Part shown: positions 27,140 to 38,899 of the stretch, in pieces
How the letters are laid out: every line of letters starts with the position of its first letter
Position numbering within the stretch: position 1 is the stretch's first letter
Source of the DNA: Rozella allomycis CSF55
Taxonomy: Eukaryota
Assembly: GCA_000442015.1 (NCBI GenBank)
Contig: KE561047.1
Location: 79,341 to 143,340 of the forward strand
Direction of reading: 5' to 3'
DNA: 64,000 bases
Notes under the pieces: model-generated
Seen by the model: the letters and a program-made list of their open reading frames with translations, nothing else
Told to the model about the DNA's origin: nothing
Databases searched by the model: none
Translations under genes and position numbers: made by a program

Positions 27140-27503
27140 ATATACTTGAATGTCCATAATAAGAAATTAGTGAAAAAGATCTAATTTTGAAATTTTGACC
27201 GCGAACAATTGCAAGGGTGGATGGAAATTTTACAAAGGTGGCTAACGCGCATTCTCTGCACGTGACTAACAAGAAACTCATGCTCCAGCTTTTTGTCATT
27301 TTCACTGTCGTAACGTTCGCTCTATGCCACCCACCACGCGTTTCTAAATACAATCTGGCTCCCATGGCTGCAGGGGCAGTTAAAAAGGGTAACTAGTCAC
27401 TTTTATAATTAGAGTAGTCGCTGAACTGAAACGATCAACTTCAACTGCAAACGACACCCCATTATGCGCCAACATTGCATTTCTAAGGTTTCTCAAGAAC
27501 GAA

Positions 27504-28137
27504 TTGACAACTGCCAACGTCATAAATGAAGCGCAACTGCCTGTCATCGCCCGACATATCAGTTGCTTGCCAAGTAAAGAGTTAGAAAAAATTCCATGGA
27601 CTACAATGGAACCAAGGAAATTTCAAGGCCTGGTATCTAATCTTCCAAAAGATTTGCAGTCTGTTGTTTCTATAAAAGCTGAAAATGTATTTATTCCTAA
27701 GGGTATCGCAAATATTAATACTCTGCACAAAATTGTGGATGTTATTGTTGATCCAAAAAAGGATATAAATGATTGGGGCCTTTCTGATTTGTTTTCTTTT
27801 CTAAAAGTAACTGAACATTGAAAGTTGCAATAAGGTCGCTTATATCGCCGATTTAAAAGCCGGCAAGTACGAAAATATTAAAGACAGGTTTTCAAAATTG
27901 ATCAGTGAAAGATCTTTGGACTCGATCTTTCAAGTCATAAACTTTGATTTGGTCAAAGACGACTTTATCATTAATTTTATGCCAAGCTGGCTCGACAAAA
28001 GTGATTACTTGAGACTTGTATATTCAAAAGAAATGAGAGAAAGAGGAATTGCATCGATAGTTTTTCAAAAAAGGTTAAGAACAGCTGAAAAAACTCCCTT
28101 GTCCGTTAGCGGTTCATTTTCCAGAGATCTCGTCTAA
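27504..28137 (+). pseudogene. Frameshifted hypothetical gene or relic
   Basis: Two coding-like frames with a shift near 27815. No standard-size intron reconciles them and there is no clear ATG. Confidence 0.4.
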
Positions 28138-28200
28138 GTTTAATCAATAAATGTTCCAAATTATCATTTATTCTAGGGGAAAAATTGTCATCGTAAATAA

Positions 28201-29071
28201 TTATGGTTTATTAGAATCCCCCTCTTCTAGTTGAGGATTTTTTTCAACTGGGAGTGCGTCCATATCAATTTTTAAATCTTCAATGAAATATGTTTCTGGA
28301 AGCTCTCCTCTTTCTTTTCTCGCTTTCAATTCATTGATTATCGCAGTGCTTTTGTGAACAAAATCAGGATATTCACGGACTCTTTTCCCATTAGGATACA
28401 AAAGATCAAGTGACCAATTAGCGATTTGCTCTTCGGTGTTTTCTGGTTTTATGTTTTTCAAATCATAATCAAAAAAGTTTTTGGGCTTCCATCTAATAGT
28501 GAACATTTTACAGCGTCTTGTGTAGTGACGCTTAATGACTTCCACTTTTGTCACCAATGGCGAATACATTGGAAAAATCATTTCACAATATACGCCGAAA
28601 TATTTGCCTCTAAGGGTGAAAGTAGAGTCAAAACTATTTCTTTTTATGTCTAGAAACACACCAACAAACTCTTGAACAGGGTCGTTCTTACTGTACTTGT
28701 ACTGAACCCGCATTAATGTGCCTACATTAAATAGAACGTCTTAAATTACCGGGATGAACTTTTAGCGGCCCAAATTTTGTTTGAAAATATTCTTTCCTGT
28801 GATCCTGAAACTTATTCAAGGCTTCCTCGCGCAATTTATCTCTATGATAGCTCAATAAAAATGGAGGCTTAACAGTGGGGAAATCCGTGATTTGAGGAAG
28901 GTCTTTTATTATTGTACCATTGAATTACCTATTTTAACTTTTGTGAGCTGAATTACCGTAAAGCTGCACATGAAAACTATCAATGAATCGTGTAGAACGG
29001 TGAATAAATCTTACTTGACAAAGATAGTAAGTTGATTTGGGAATAGTCAACCGGAAGGAAATAAAATTCAT
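28201..29071 (-). CDS. Mitochondrial ribosomal protein bL19m
   Basis: FVGVFLDIKR..FDSTFTLR..GVYCEMIFPMYSPLVTKVEV. Start uncertain (29071 with presequence-like N-terminus, or 28971). Confidence 0.8.
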
Positions 29072-29800
29072 GATGACAGTCCGATAGAAGGATGGCTTGG
29101 CCACCGTAAATATTAAATTAGGCAATAGAGATATCGTATCAATTATAATTTCCTTTAAGTTCGACCATTTAGTTAAAATTAATTAGAGAAAATATCAAAT
29201 TGACAATTATGAAATCTTGTCAAGAAATCATCAACGTTCCCTCCCTTTCCCCTCCCCCCTCTCCTCTCCTCTTTTTCCCTTACGCCGCGCGGGCATTTCA
29301 TCATAGAATATAGATTTACGTGTTTGTTGGTTAATTGTTTGTTGGAGACCTAACTTGGAGTTTATAACATATAGTCAAAATATTTATTTGAAGTGGTAAA
29401 CGTGCTAGGTGGCATGGGCGCACTGTCACGAATACTTTCCTTGATTGTAACGCTCAGCAAAATAGTCGGTGCTTTTGACCTTTACGATGATGATATAGAG
29501 CAATCAGAGATCTGAATCTGACAGGCAAAAAGCGAAAATGTAGCGAAGATCAACCAAGCGCAATTAACAAGAAAATCTGTAATGTTTCAGGTTGAGTACA
29601 ATCAACATGGAGTTAATTTCATTATCATTTTATAAATAAATCATCTTCAAATCTTATGCATGACATTTCAATTTTGGGCTTTTCCATGTTAGGTACTGTT
29701 TACATAATTCATGGCATAAATCGGCGTTTAACATTTAAATGACCTCCGAAATTCTTGCCTTAATTGAAAACATTTTGCTTGGTTACGGTATTTGTTGTTA

Positions 29801-31504
29801 ATGGGGAACAAAGAAACTTGGAAAATTGGATTGTCACCCGTTCTTGAAGCGAATGAAGATGAAGAAAAGTTTGGTTTTGCACCATTGACATTGTAAAAAA
29901 TACTCACAAATTAAACAGACCAAAAAATTTATTGTCTTCAACAAAATCAAAGAAACTGAATTTGAAATCAGTACAGGATAGACCCAAAACACCACCATTG
30001 CTGACAAATCCCAAGCCATTATTTACTGCGAAAGTCCCCAAGGACTCATCGACAAGCCTGGAAAATCTCTCAGGCTCTGGTTCTGATATTGATTTACAAG
30101 GATTACAGAAGCGGCAAAGTTTTCTGCGATCAAGCCTATCATCAAGCACATCTTCTTTGACCAAAAAGCCAAAAGAGAGTAAATGGAATTTCTTTCTAAA
30201 GTTGTTTAAAAAGAAAGATACTCTTCGAAAAGATGGAACAGCCAGCACTGATATTGCCACAGAGACAGAGAAATTCGTCTCTGATGATGTTAAAAACCTT
30301 AAACTAGAAGATACCGACTACAAGCACAATTCAAATGAAAGTGAAAATGATTTAGCTGAAGTCGACATTGTTGAACATTGTAGAATAAAGAGAAGAAAGG
30401 ACTATGTCGGGTATGCCACAGGCCTTAGACCCTTAAATGATGAATTTGCGAAGAAATACACGCTATGTGACTTATTAGGCGACGGTGCGTTCGGATTCGT
30501 AGTTGTAGCGAATAGAATTATAGATGATGCTGAAGTCGCTGTGAAGTTTATTATGAAAGACCAGTTACTCGATTCGCAGTGGATAGTAGATGATAATCTT
30601 GGCAAAGTTCCTTTGGAAGTTTATTACTTATATAGATTAAAACATCCAAACATTATATCGTTTTTGGACTATTATGAAGATGATGATTATGCATATCTTG
30701 TAACCGAATTGTTTGGAACAGAATGGCACATATCGAACAGCAAGTTGAATATGAGGAAAAATATAGGCTTACGAAAATTGGGGCACGCAAAATGCTCTGG
30801 GAACAACCTATTGACTTTTGTCCCAAAGAATGCCCGAAATCCAGATTTTTATGGAACCAATGTCCCTGTTTCCATTAAGCACAAAACAAGAAATTCCTGT
30901 GACTTATTTGAGTGCATTGATGCCCATTCTTTCTTTCCAGAAAGGATAGTCAGATTTATTTTTCAGCAAATTGTGTCAGTAATCGGTTACCTTCATAGCT
31001 TGGATCTTGTACATCGGGACTTGAAAGAAGAAAATATTCTTGTTGATGAAAACTACAAAATCAAATTAATTGATTTTGGGGCCATTAATACTATCCCTAC
31101 ATCAGAAAGTGAGTATTTCACAGGTCTTGGAGGAACACCAGACTACTCGGCTCCTGAAATCCTTCTAGGCAAACCATATCGTGGTCCAGAAGCTGAAGTA
31201 TGGAGTTTAGGGATTTTACTGTTCGCATTAGTTTTTCGCCAAAGTCCATTTCAGACAACTAAGCAAATTGTAAAAGTTGATATTCAGTATCCATTCATTT
31301 TGAATGATCGACCATTGGGTAAACATGAAAATCGGCAATTACAAAGGTGTTTTAGATTTAATTCACAAATTGCTTCAGTTTGACGAAAATATGCGTTTAA
31401 AGATAATAGATATTTGGAAACACCCCTGGATGGCTGAAAAGGATGACAGTATATACGCTGACAGGGAGCTCAAACCTAACGCTAGGATATTCAATGAAGA
31501 TTAA
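29801..31504 (+). CDS. Ser/Thr protein kinase (PAS-kinase/CAMK-like)
   Basis: LGDGAFG, VAVKFI, DLFECI, HRDLKEEN, DFG, GTPDYSAPE. Introns of 26 and 28 nt. Confidence 0.9.
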
Positions 31505-31572
31505 ACTCATTCACCTTTTAACCGTTAGATTAGAAATAAAGAACTTTTGTAAATCATAATTATCGATGGCTT

Positions 31573-32172
31573 ATGCAATTTTACACTCGTTGCAATTTAG
31601 CTTACAATCCTCTGCGTCGCTCCTTTTTCAACGCACAGAAACGATATTATTTCTTTATTCAAAATCGAGCTAGCATAAAACCATTATTGCCTAATTTCCA
31701 AAGACATTTTACATCAAACATGGAAAAAAATGATCCATTAAATCAAGAAAAGAATCTGTCCAATATTAAAAATAATGTCAGTATCGGTCCCAATGAGGCA
31801 GACAAAGTCAAAGAAATTGATGGAAACAACGCAGGGAAAATGACGAGAGTGAAACAATTCATGAAGGAATACGGTATTTTAGGATTTGTTTCATATATGA
31901 CAATATCTACGACGTCAGTATTGACAATTTATATGCTATTAGCAGCCGGTATCGATGTCCCTATTTTGCTTGAGCGCGTTGGAATCAATTTACCTAATCA
32001 AGGCGCCAAACTTGGCTTAATTGTTACTGCTGTGTTAGTGAACAAGATTATACTCCCTTTTCGCATCGGGGCTGCAATTTGGATTACACCAAAGCTTGGC
32101 AAATTCTTGGTGAAAAAAGGTTGGACAAGGAACAAAACATTGATAAGCAAGTTTCAGCAAAAAACAGAATAA
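31573..32172 (+). CDS. DUF1279/FAM210-like mitochondrial membrane protein
   Basis: Presequence-like N-terminus, KQFMKEYG..., NKIILPFRIGAAIWITP. Confidence 0.8.
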   Translation: MQFYTRCNLAYNPLRRSFFNAQKRYYFFIQNRASIKPLLPNFQRHFTSNMEKNDPLNQEKNLSNIKNNVSIGPNEADKVKEIDGNNAGKMTRVKQFMKEYGILGFVSYMTISTTSVLTIYMLLAAGIDVPILLERVGINLPNQGAKLGLIVTAVLVNKIILPFRIGAAIWITPKLGKFLVKKGWTRNKTLISKFQQKTE

Positions 32173-32238
32173 ATTAATTGACATTTTCCTGAGCGATTAT
32201 TATCTACTGTGCCACACCTGGAGTTTCAAAATTGTAAA

Positions 32239-34297
32239 ATGAAAGGGAGGAGAATGAGAAATTCACAATCAGCACCTAATATTGCGTCAATTGCACCTAA
32301 AGAAAAGGTTCTTATACACAGAGCGTCGGATCTATACACTGAGACTCTAGTTAAAGCACGAAGAACATCAAGAGATTCTTTAAGCTGTGCTTTTTCACAA
32401 AACTGGGTGATTTCTTTTGTGTCTGTAAATTTTGATTTGGAGATTGGACCAAGTAAAAGACCCTGATATCTTGAAAGAGCGATTGATTGTATTTACCCTG
32501 ACACAGATTTATCTAAACAAGAAAAGGACACGATGTAGGATATTAAGAATGTAGAAATGTAGATCCTTTAGTTCTTTTCCAGATTCTAATTCATTTTTGA
32601 TTGGAGATTGTACATTTATATTTCGTTACAGAAAGCCGAAACCAAATAACAAAAGATGCTTTATCCCTGCGGGTAAAATGATGAATTTCTTTTGAAAGAA
32701 TTTGGAGAAATTGGCGATTACATTTATGGATACGTATTCTTTAGGCAGACAAGAGATTTGACAATTAGGAGAGGCTTTTTACAAGTAAGGCCATTACAGA
32801 GAAGAAGAATAGAAATCGTTAGTTTTATTATCAGTGTTTCCCTTTCATTCTCTAAATTTACGTCTTATCAAAATATTAAGTCCTCATTTTTTTGAGCATG
32901 GCAAGTCTATTCTGGAAACAGCATGTCGTGATTTATCATCATGGTATTGGAAAGCAATTTGTTACAATTAGGCCAAATCCAACTAGAGGTGCTATTTTTG
33001 AACTTCCTTTCCTCAATCACGTTTTGCAAGTAGAAATATTAAAACCCGACGCACCGATTTTTATTGAAACATCATTTTACAAAAACATGTTGGACAAAAG
33101 CCCTGATTATTTAAACGCTTGCTTGATAGAAAATGGTCTATTTAAGTCTTTAAAAACGATTCTAAAAGATTTATGTGTTTGCTGGGAATTAATGTTGATG
33201 GGAGAGCCTATCGTTGTATTTTCAACATCACCTGAATTTTGTAGTCTAGGAGTTATTTCGCTTGTAGATTTAATTCAGCCTGTAATAAATTAAGACTATT
33301 AAAATGAGATTCCATACGGTGGTGATTACAGACCATATTTCACGATTCAGGATAACGATCTAAATGCCCTTGTTTCTCAAAGAATTTTACCAGGGCTTAT
33401 TCTTGGGGTTACAAATCCATTCTTTTTAAAAACTCTCTCGCATTGGCCAAATATTTTAAGAATAAATCACTCATCTAATGGAAGATCCAAAAGCCCTGCT
33501 GGATTCATGCAAGCATTGAGTATGATGACGTCTCTGGACATTCAACCTGTATTTCATATTAATCATTTTTAAAGGGAATAACGACAAAACATAAAAGATT
33601 TGTGAAAAGGGATGTCGATTTTTGGAGATCAATAGATTCAATGGTTTCGACGGGATTAGACTTTTCCGGTAATAATTGAGAATAGCAAAAATAAGAACCT
33701 CAAGTCAATAATATGATACGACGCCATTTTCATGAACTAACTGAAAAGTTTCTGGCGCCATTGAATCGTTACTTTTCAACTTTAATTCCTCAAGTAACGT
33801 AAAGTTGAAAAAAGTTTCTTAATTAGATTGAATTCACACAAAAATGATTTTACCATAAAATCTTTTAGCAATGACGACTTTTTAAAATCCTTGATTGAGC
33901 ATGGGCCTCAACTGAGTTTTAAAGCGAGTTATTCAAATGATTGGTTAGAGCTTTACAGGAAGTTTCTGAAAAGTAACAATTTCCCTCTATGGCTTCAAAA
34001 TCGTCAAAATTCAACAAAAATTCAACTTCATCGCCAATATTGGGACAATTTAATGAAAGGGGATCAATTAAAAACTATGATACTACAGAATAAGACAAAT
34101 GATATTTTAAATGTTATTTTATATTTACTGTCAAGAAAGGTAACATGTAAATTGAATAAAGAAAGAATGATCGAGCTTGTAACTATTCTAAAACCAACAA
34201 AGACGAAATTAATAGACAAATAGAAACTATAATGAATCGTTTGCCTGAATCAATGAAAGCCTCAATAAGTGACTTTCTGTCAACTGTACCAAAATAA
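32239..34297 (+). CDS. DENND6/FAM116-like DENN-domain protein
   Basis: VNFDLEIGP, SFPDSNS, YGYVFFRQ..RRGFLQKSLV, WELMLMGEPI, DYRPYFTI, LGVTNPFF. 9 GT-AG micro-introns. Confidence 0.88.
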
Positions 34298-34298
34298 A

Positions 34299-35387
34299 CT
34301 AATTTTGATTTTTATTTATTTGAATTCGATTTTTTCTCTCGGCTTTAAATTTCGGTTTATTTTGAACTCTTAGCGTTTTCTTCTTCGGTTCAGATGGCTC
34401 ATAAGCTTCCAAAGTTTTTGCCATGATCATTTCAGGTGTCAATTGATGCGTAAGTCTGTAATCTTCTTGATAAATGTTAACCCAGTCTGAATTAGTTAGT
34501 CTTTGAGATAAAAGGAATGTCAAATATCTTTTTTGGGTGTCACTTAATTTATCTGCATAAGGTTTATTCTCTTTGGAAGCTGACGTATCTATGTATTTAA
34601 ATATTTCGTCGGTGTTAATGAATGCCATGACAGATTTTCTTGTATAGCCCAAGTTCAGCTCATGGGAGCCTTGCGACCAAGGCTGTAAAATCCTTAAAAT
34701 ATTGACAGGCATTGTAAACGATTTTTCTGCTATAGTTCTAAAAGCGGTAGCAAACGTAACATATATCGAGGAAAAACATGAAGAGCCCATGGTGTTTAAT
34801 CGTTGCTGTATTTCTGAAGCAAAAACATCGTTGTCTCCTTCCATCCACGTATTGAATAGACCAACGAACTGAATTATTCTGTTATCCTTATCGATAAAAA
34901 TCTGATTAGCGTCTAAATTTGTGTAAATTAAACCGACTTTCCGCAAATCTTCGAGAGCATACAGACCTTTCGTAAAAATATCAAGGAACCTTCCAGGGTC
35001 GAATTCTAATGAAGAATCCATCTTATAAAAATCCATTAATGTAATTCCAACAACTACATCGTAAATTAAGTATGCGTCCTTAGATTCTTTTCCAGAAATA
35101 CATCTGAGCCTAGGGAAGAACTTTGAAAAATGTAACAAATCCAAGGCACGAACTTCCCTCTCGAGGAATAAATCCTTTGAAGTACTGTGAAACCGTTTCA
35201 AATAATACAATTCCCGAGTTTTCTTAAACATAACTATACTCATAGAGAAAATATTGTTGGAGCCATAGGCGCCAAGATCTTCCTCCACAAAACTCTCGGG
35301 ATCACATTTTTCGATTTTGTCAAAGTCGTAAGCTATACTGTAACATGAAGCGATTTTTAGAAATAAGAAAATCAACGGTAAGAACAT
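34299..35387 (-). CDS. Signal-peptide-bearing kinase-fold (pseudokinase) protein
   Basis: MFLPLIFLFLKIASCYS signal. YLKRF, EREVRAL, FPRL, GITL and GLIYTNLDANQIFID align with kinase subdomains II-VIb. Confidence 0.7.
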   Translation of the reverse strand: MFLPLIFLFLKIASCYSIAYDFDKIEKCDPESFVEEDLGAYGSNNIFSMSIVMFKKTRELYYLKRFHSTSKDLFLEREVRALDLLHFSKFFPRLRCISGKESKDAYLIYDVVVGITLMDFYKMDSSLEFDPGRFLDIFTKGLYALEDLRKVGLIYTNLDANQIFIDKDNRIIQFVGLFNTWMEGDNDVFASEIQQRLNTMGSSCFSSIYVTFATAFRTIAEKSFTMPVNILRILQPWSQGSHELNLGYTRKSVMAFINTDEIFKYIDTSASKENKPYADKLSDTQKRYLTFLLSQRLTNSDWVNIYQEDYRLTHQLTPEMIMAKTLEAYEPSEPKKKTLRVQNKPKFKAERKNRIQINKNQN

Positions 35388-35733
35388 TCTTACAAAACCC
35401 TTGAATTGCCGACACACGTGACTCGAGAAAAACTAAATTTCGATTTAATAAAGGACACCTTCATTAACAAAATCACATAATAATTTTAACTCGAGGAGTC
35501 TAGGGCTACATTCTAAAGTTCTAAACTAGCAAAATATTCAGAAACTGTGATGATAATTTGATACCAGAAAATACGGGCAGTCACCTAAAACAATTGATCC
35601 ATGGTCAAATACAAATGAAATAAAAGTAGGCCGTGAAAATTACAAAAGACAATCATGTCCAATCATTTGTTGACACGCATTGCTAAGCCGCTCCCAAAAG
35701 CACAAAAAGGAAACGCCGCCCCGAATAACAACT

Positions 35734-36303
35734 ATGAACAGAACAAATCCACTCTCCAAACTCCCTCTAGAAAAAATAAATGAAAGAAAAATGAAAAATC
35801 GGCTATCAGCGTTAGAGTCACGTCAAAGAAAAAAGAGGAAAATGGAAGAGATGGAGTTTGAAAATATCAGTCTCAAAGACGAAAATGAATTTCTTCGAAA
35901 TAAAATCAGAATCCTGGAAGAAAGTCATGCAAAGTTGCAAGAGACTGTTCAAGAACTATCCAACCGCATGAGCGTCACAGAAAAACCGTGCCTCAATCCT
36001 GACCCTTCACCTGATGTTTCACCGTGGACTAACACCGCCAAAGATGTATTTTTGGGTAAAGATCAAATCCAAAATGAAGCTGTGTGGACAGTAAGCCGCA
36101 AACCATTAAAAGACCTCCCATGTCGTACTTATCGATTTCCTGGTCGCCTTCTTGCAGTTTGCAGTCTAAAGTATTCCGAGCATCCGGAACAGCTCTTTAC
36201 CCGATTAATACATGCGTTGTGGACTCCCCAAAGGATTATTCTTTTGATGCTTGCTTTGATCAAGTTTTTCAGGATTTATTTTCGCAAGTTTTTTAATAAA
36301 TGA
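35734..36303 (+). CDS. bZIP transcription factor, XBP1/HAC1-like
   Basis: ERKMKNRLSALESRQRKK basic region plus leucine zipper. Two overlapping C-terminal frames. Confidence 0.8.
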   Translation: MNRTNPLSKLPLEKINERKMKNRLSALESRQRKKRKMEEMEFENISLKDENEFLRNKIRILEESHAKLQETVQELSNRMSVTEKPCLNPDPSPDVSPWTNTAKDVFLGKDQIQNEAVWTVSRKPLKDLPCRTYRFPGRLLAVCSLKYSEHPEQLFTRLIHALWTPQRIILLMLALIKFFRIYFRKFFNK

Positions 36304-36443
36304 AAATTGACTCGACATTTTATAATTTATTACTAGATTGGACTCTATTCCCCAAAACATTCACTATATTAGATATTGAACGGTTAAAAGTAAGAAGAAA
36401 AAAAGGTATTAATACTTGCAACTTTATTCATTTTACATTAAAA

Positions 36444-38527
36444 CTACAGCATTGTGCAAAATGAAAATGTTTTTCTCCTTTTTGTTATTTTCACTGTGTG
36501 CCGTTGAACATTTGAATCATGATAATAAGAAAGTCTTTGAGCTTCTAAATCTAATTTAAACATGCCATCGGACACTTGAATATTAACCTCCTCGGGATTT
36601 CTATAATGGTATTTAGGCAAAAATATTTCCGTAGGCAAAGCGTCATTGCCAGACATGCTGGTAAATTCAAATATGAAATCTCCATTGTGACAATTAAAGG
36701 ACAAAATCTTTGGGATACCATTGATTTTCAAAGGATATGGCCGGATAGCAGCTTCTAAAGCTCTGCCCCCTTTAAACTTTGTTATTAGTGAAGAATTTAA
36801 TTCATTTTCTTCAAGCCTGACTTCATTGTTGTAAATCGAAAGATCCTCTCCATTCCATTGATCTCCCCACATATTATTATTGTCAGATGTGTAATTCCAT
36901 ATTGTACAATTGAGTAAATTATTTTCTATCGCATGTAAGCAGGAGTCAAGGGCGCTGATTTGATTGGAGTAGTCATGGCTTAAGAACGATCTCTTTTGGT
37001 CCATGTCATAAGGGATTCCCATTTCACCAATTAAGCATGGATGTTGACCTTTTAAATAAGATGAAAAAATTCTACCTATTAAATCTGTACCTTCTTTTAA
37101 TATGTGTGCCAGTTGTCTTGAAAAGTTCCCTTTAATGCCTGGAAGGCCAAATGAAAAAGAGTGAAGCAATGTGGGATACCGGCCGTTTTTGTATCCAATG
37201 AAATCAACAGTAAGAAAAGCTGAAAATGCTTTTCGAATCAGTGTATAACCTATCAATTTTATATTATCTCTTTACCATCATACCAATGAGGGGCGTACAC
37301 GATGCGATCATGAGGGTCATTTATTGACCATCGAGGAGGCGATTCATTAACTGCAGGCTCTATAAATATTATCGCCTTGTTGTGGACTTTTCGTATTTCG
37401 TTCACATACTTCAATGCAAATGGTTTCCAAAAGTCTTCATGGAAATCAACTTTTAGCCTTGTCACAGGATCTTGAAAAAAGTAATCTTTCTTTAATATTT
37501 TTAATGTTTGTCTATCCCAGACGCCATGTTTTGCCCATATGCATTCACTTTCATTGTTCCAGGCCCTTACATTCCCTTTGTTGGCAATAACTGATTTATC
37601 AAATCTAAATCCAATCCGAGTAAATTTCCAATTTTCAATGCTTATGCTATTCCCTTCACCTAATATCATGCCCTCAAATGGTGTGGGTGTATTTCCTAAT
37701 CGTAGGTCGTGGTTGTAAGCGAACTTGGTTATATCTTCTATCCCAATGTAACCGTGAGATGGTTCATTGAATGTATCATAGCCAACAACAACAGTATCAT
37801 TTAATTCATGACGAACAATGGCAGAAACAAGTTGGAGAATGGAATTGATATAGTGTGATTGTAAGTATTCTTGAACTTGTACATTGTCGATGAACATATT
37901 CGGAGCAAATGTTTTCCCAGCAAAAAATAATGTGAACATAGTGCAACTAGCTAATTTGTAGTAATTTGAGGGCCAAATCATTTTTGGGTAATCTGCCGGG
38001 TTGGCATATAAATTATGAACTATAGCTGCTTCTGATTCGACCAAGTTTTCAAGAACAAAACCACATTTTTCTAATGTCCATCCAGGCGCTCCACTTCCAC
38101 CTGAGAATCTCGACCAAACATCTTGATGCGGATCAATGAAGACCTTAATTCCGTGCGCTTTAGCTTTTTTCAATATTTGTACGATGTATTCAATATATTC
38201 GAAGTCGTATATGCCACTTGTGAACGTATTGATTATATCTTACGGTCCTTTGTGTTCAATCGCCTCCCATGTAACGCAAAACCGGATGAAATACATTCCC
38301 CAGTGTGCCAAACGCTCAAAGTGTTCGTCTGCTTCCTCCAAGGGAAAGGGCCGGCCAACAAAACTGACATTACGATGGTCGAAAAACCCGTCTTTAACAT
38401 GTGAAGGGATATAAGGAGAATACGGAAGCTTACAATTTCCTGACAAATTAACTCCTCTTAACATTAAAACTCTTCCGTGTCTGTCTGTGAACCACCTTCC
38501 GTTAATGTTCAAAGAATTGTCATCCAT
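36444..38527 (-). CDS. GH5 endoglycoceramidase-related glycosidase
   Basis: LRGVNLSG, TWEAIEH, IDPHQDVWSRFSGGSGAP, NEP and IGEMG catalytic motifs. 2 introns. Confidence 0.92.
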
Positions 38528-38899
38528 ATTTGTTGATGCTATTTATGGAAGGGGTTGGAATAAGTCTATATATTCCCCAAAGTCTAATCAAGAAAGTGAC
38601 ATCATTTATTTCTGAATCTTGTTTCAATAATTACGAAAAGTCCAAAACGCATTGATGAATGAAAATCTTGTACTATTCATATCCTTTTTGTAGTGACGAA
38701 AAAAAACATTAAGAGTGTTAAACTTAATTTTAAAGTGCAGATGTTAAATATTATACAAAGGACCATTCTGTAACGATTCAAATCACGCGGAGGCCAGATA
38801 GTCAAAGAAAAATGTAGAGTACTTTGCTTTCACTTTTATAGGATCTTAATTACAAACAATGAAGATGAAAATTCAGTGGAGCATATTCTAGATGATAAT

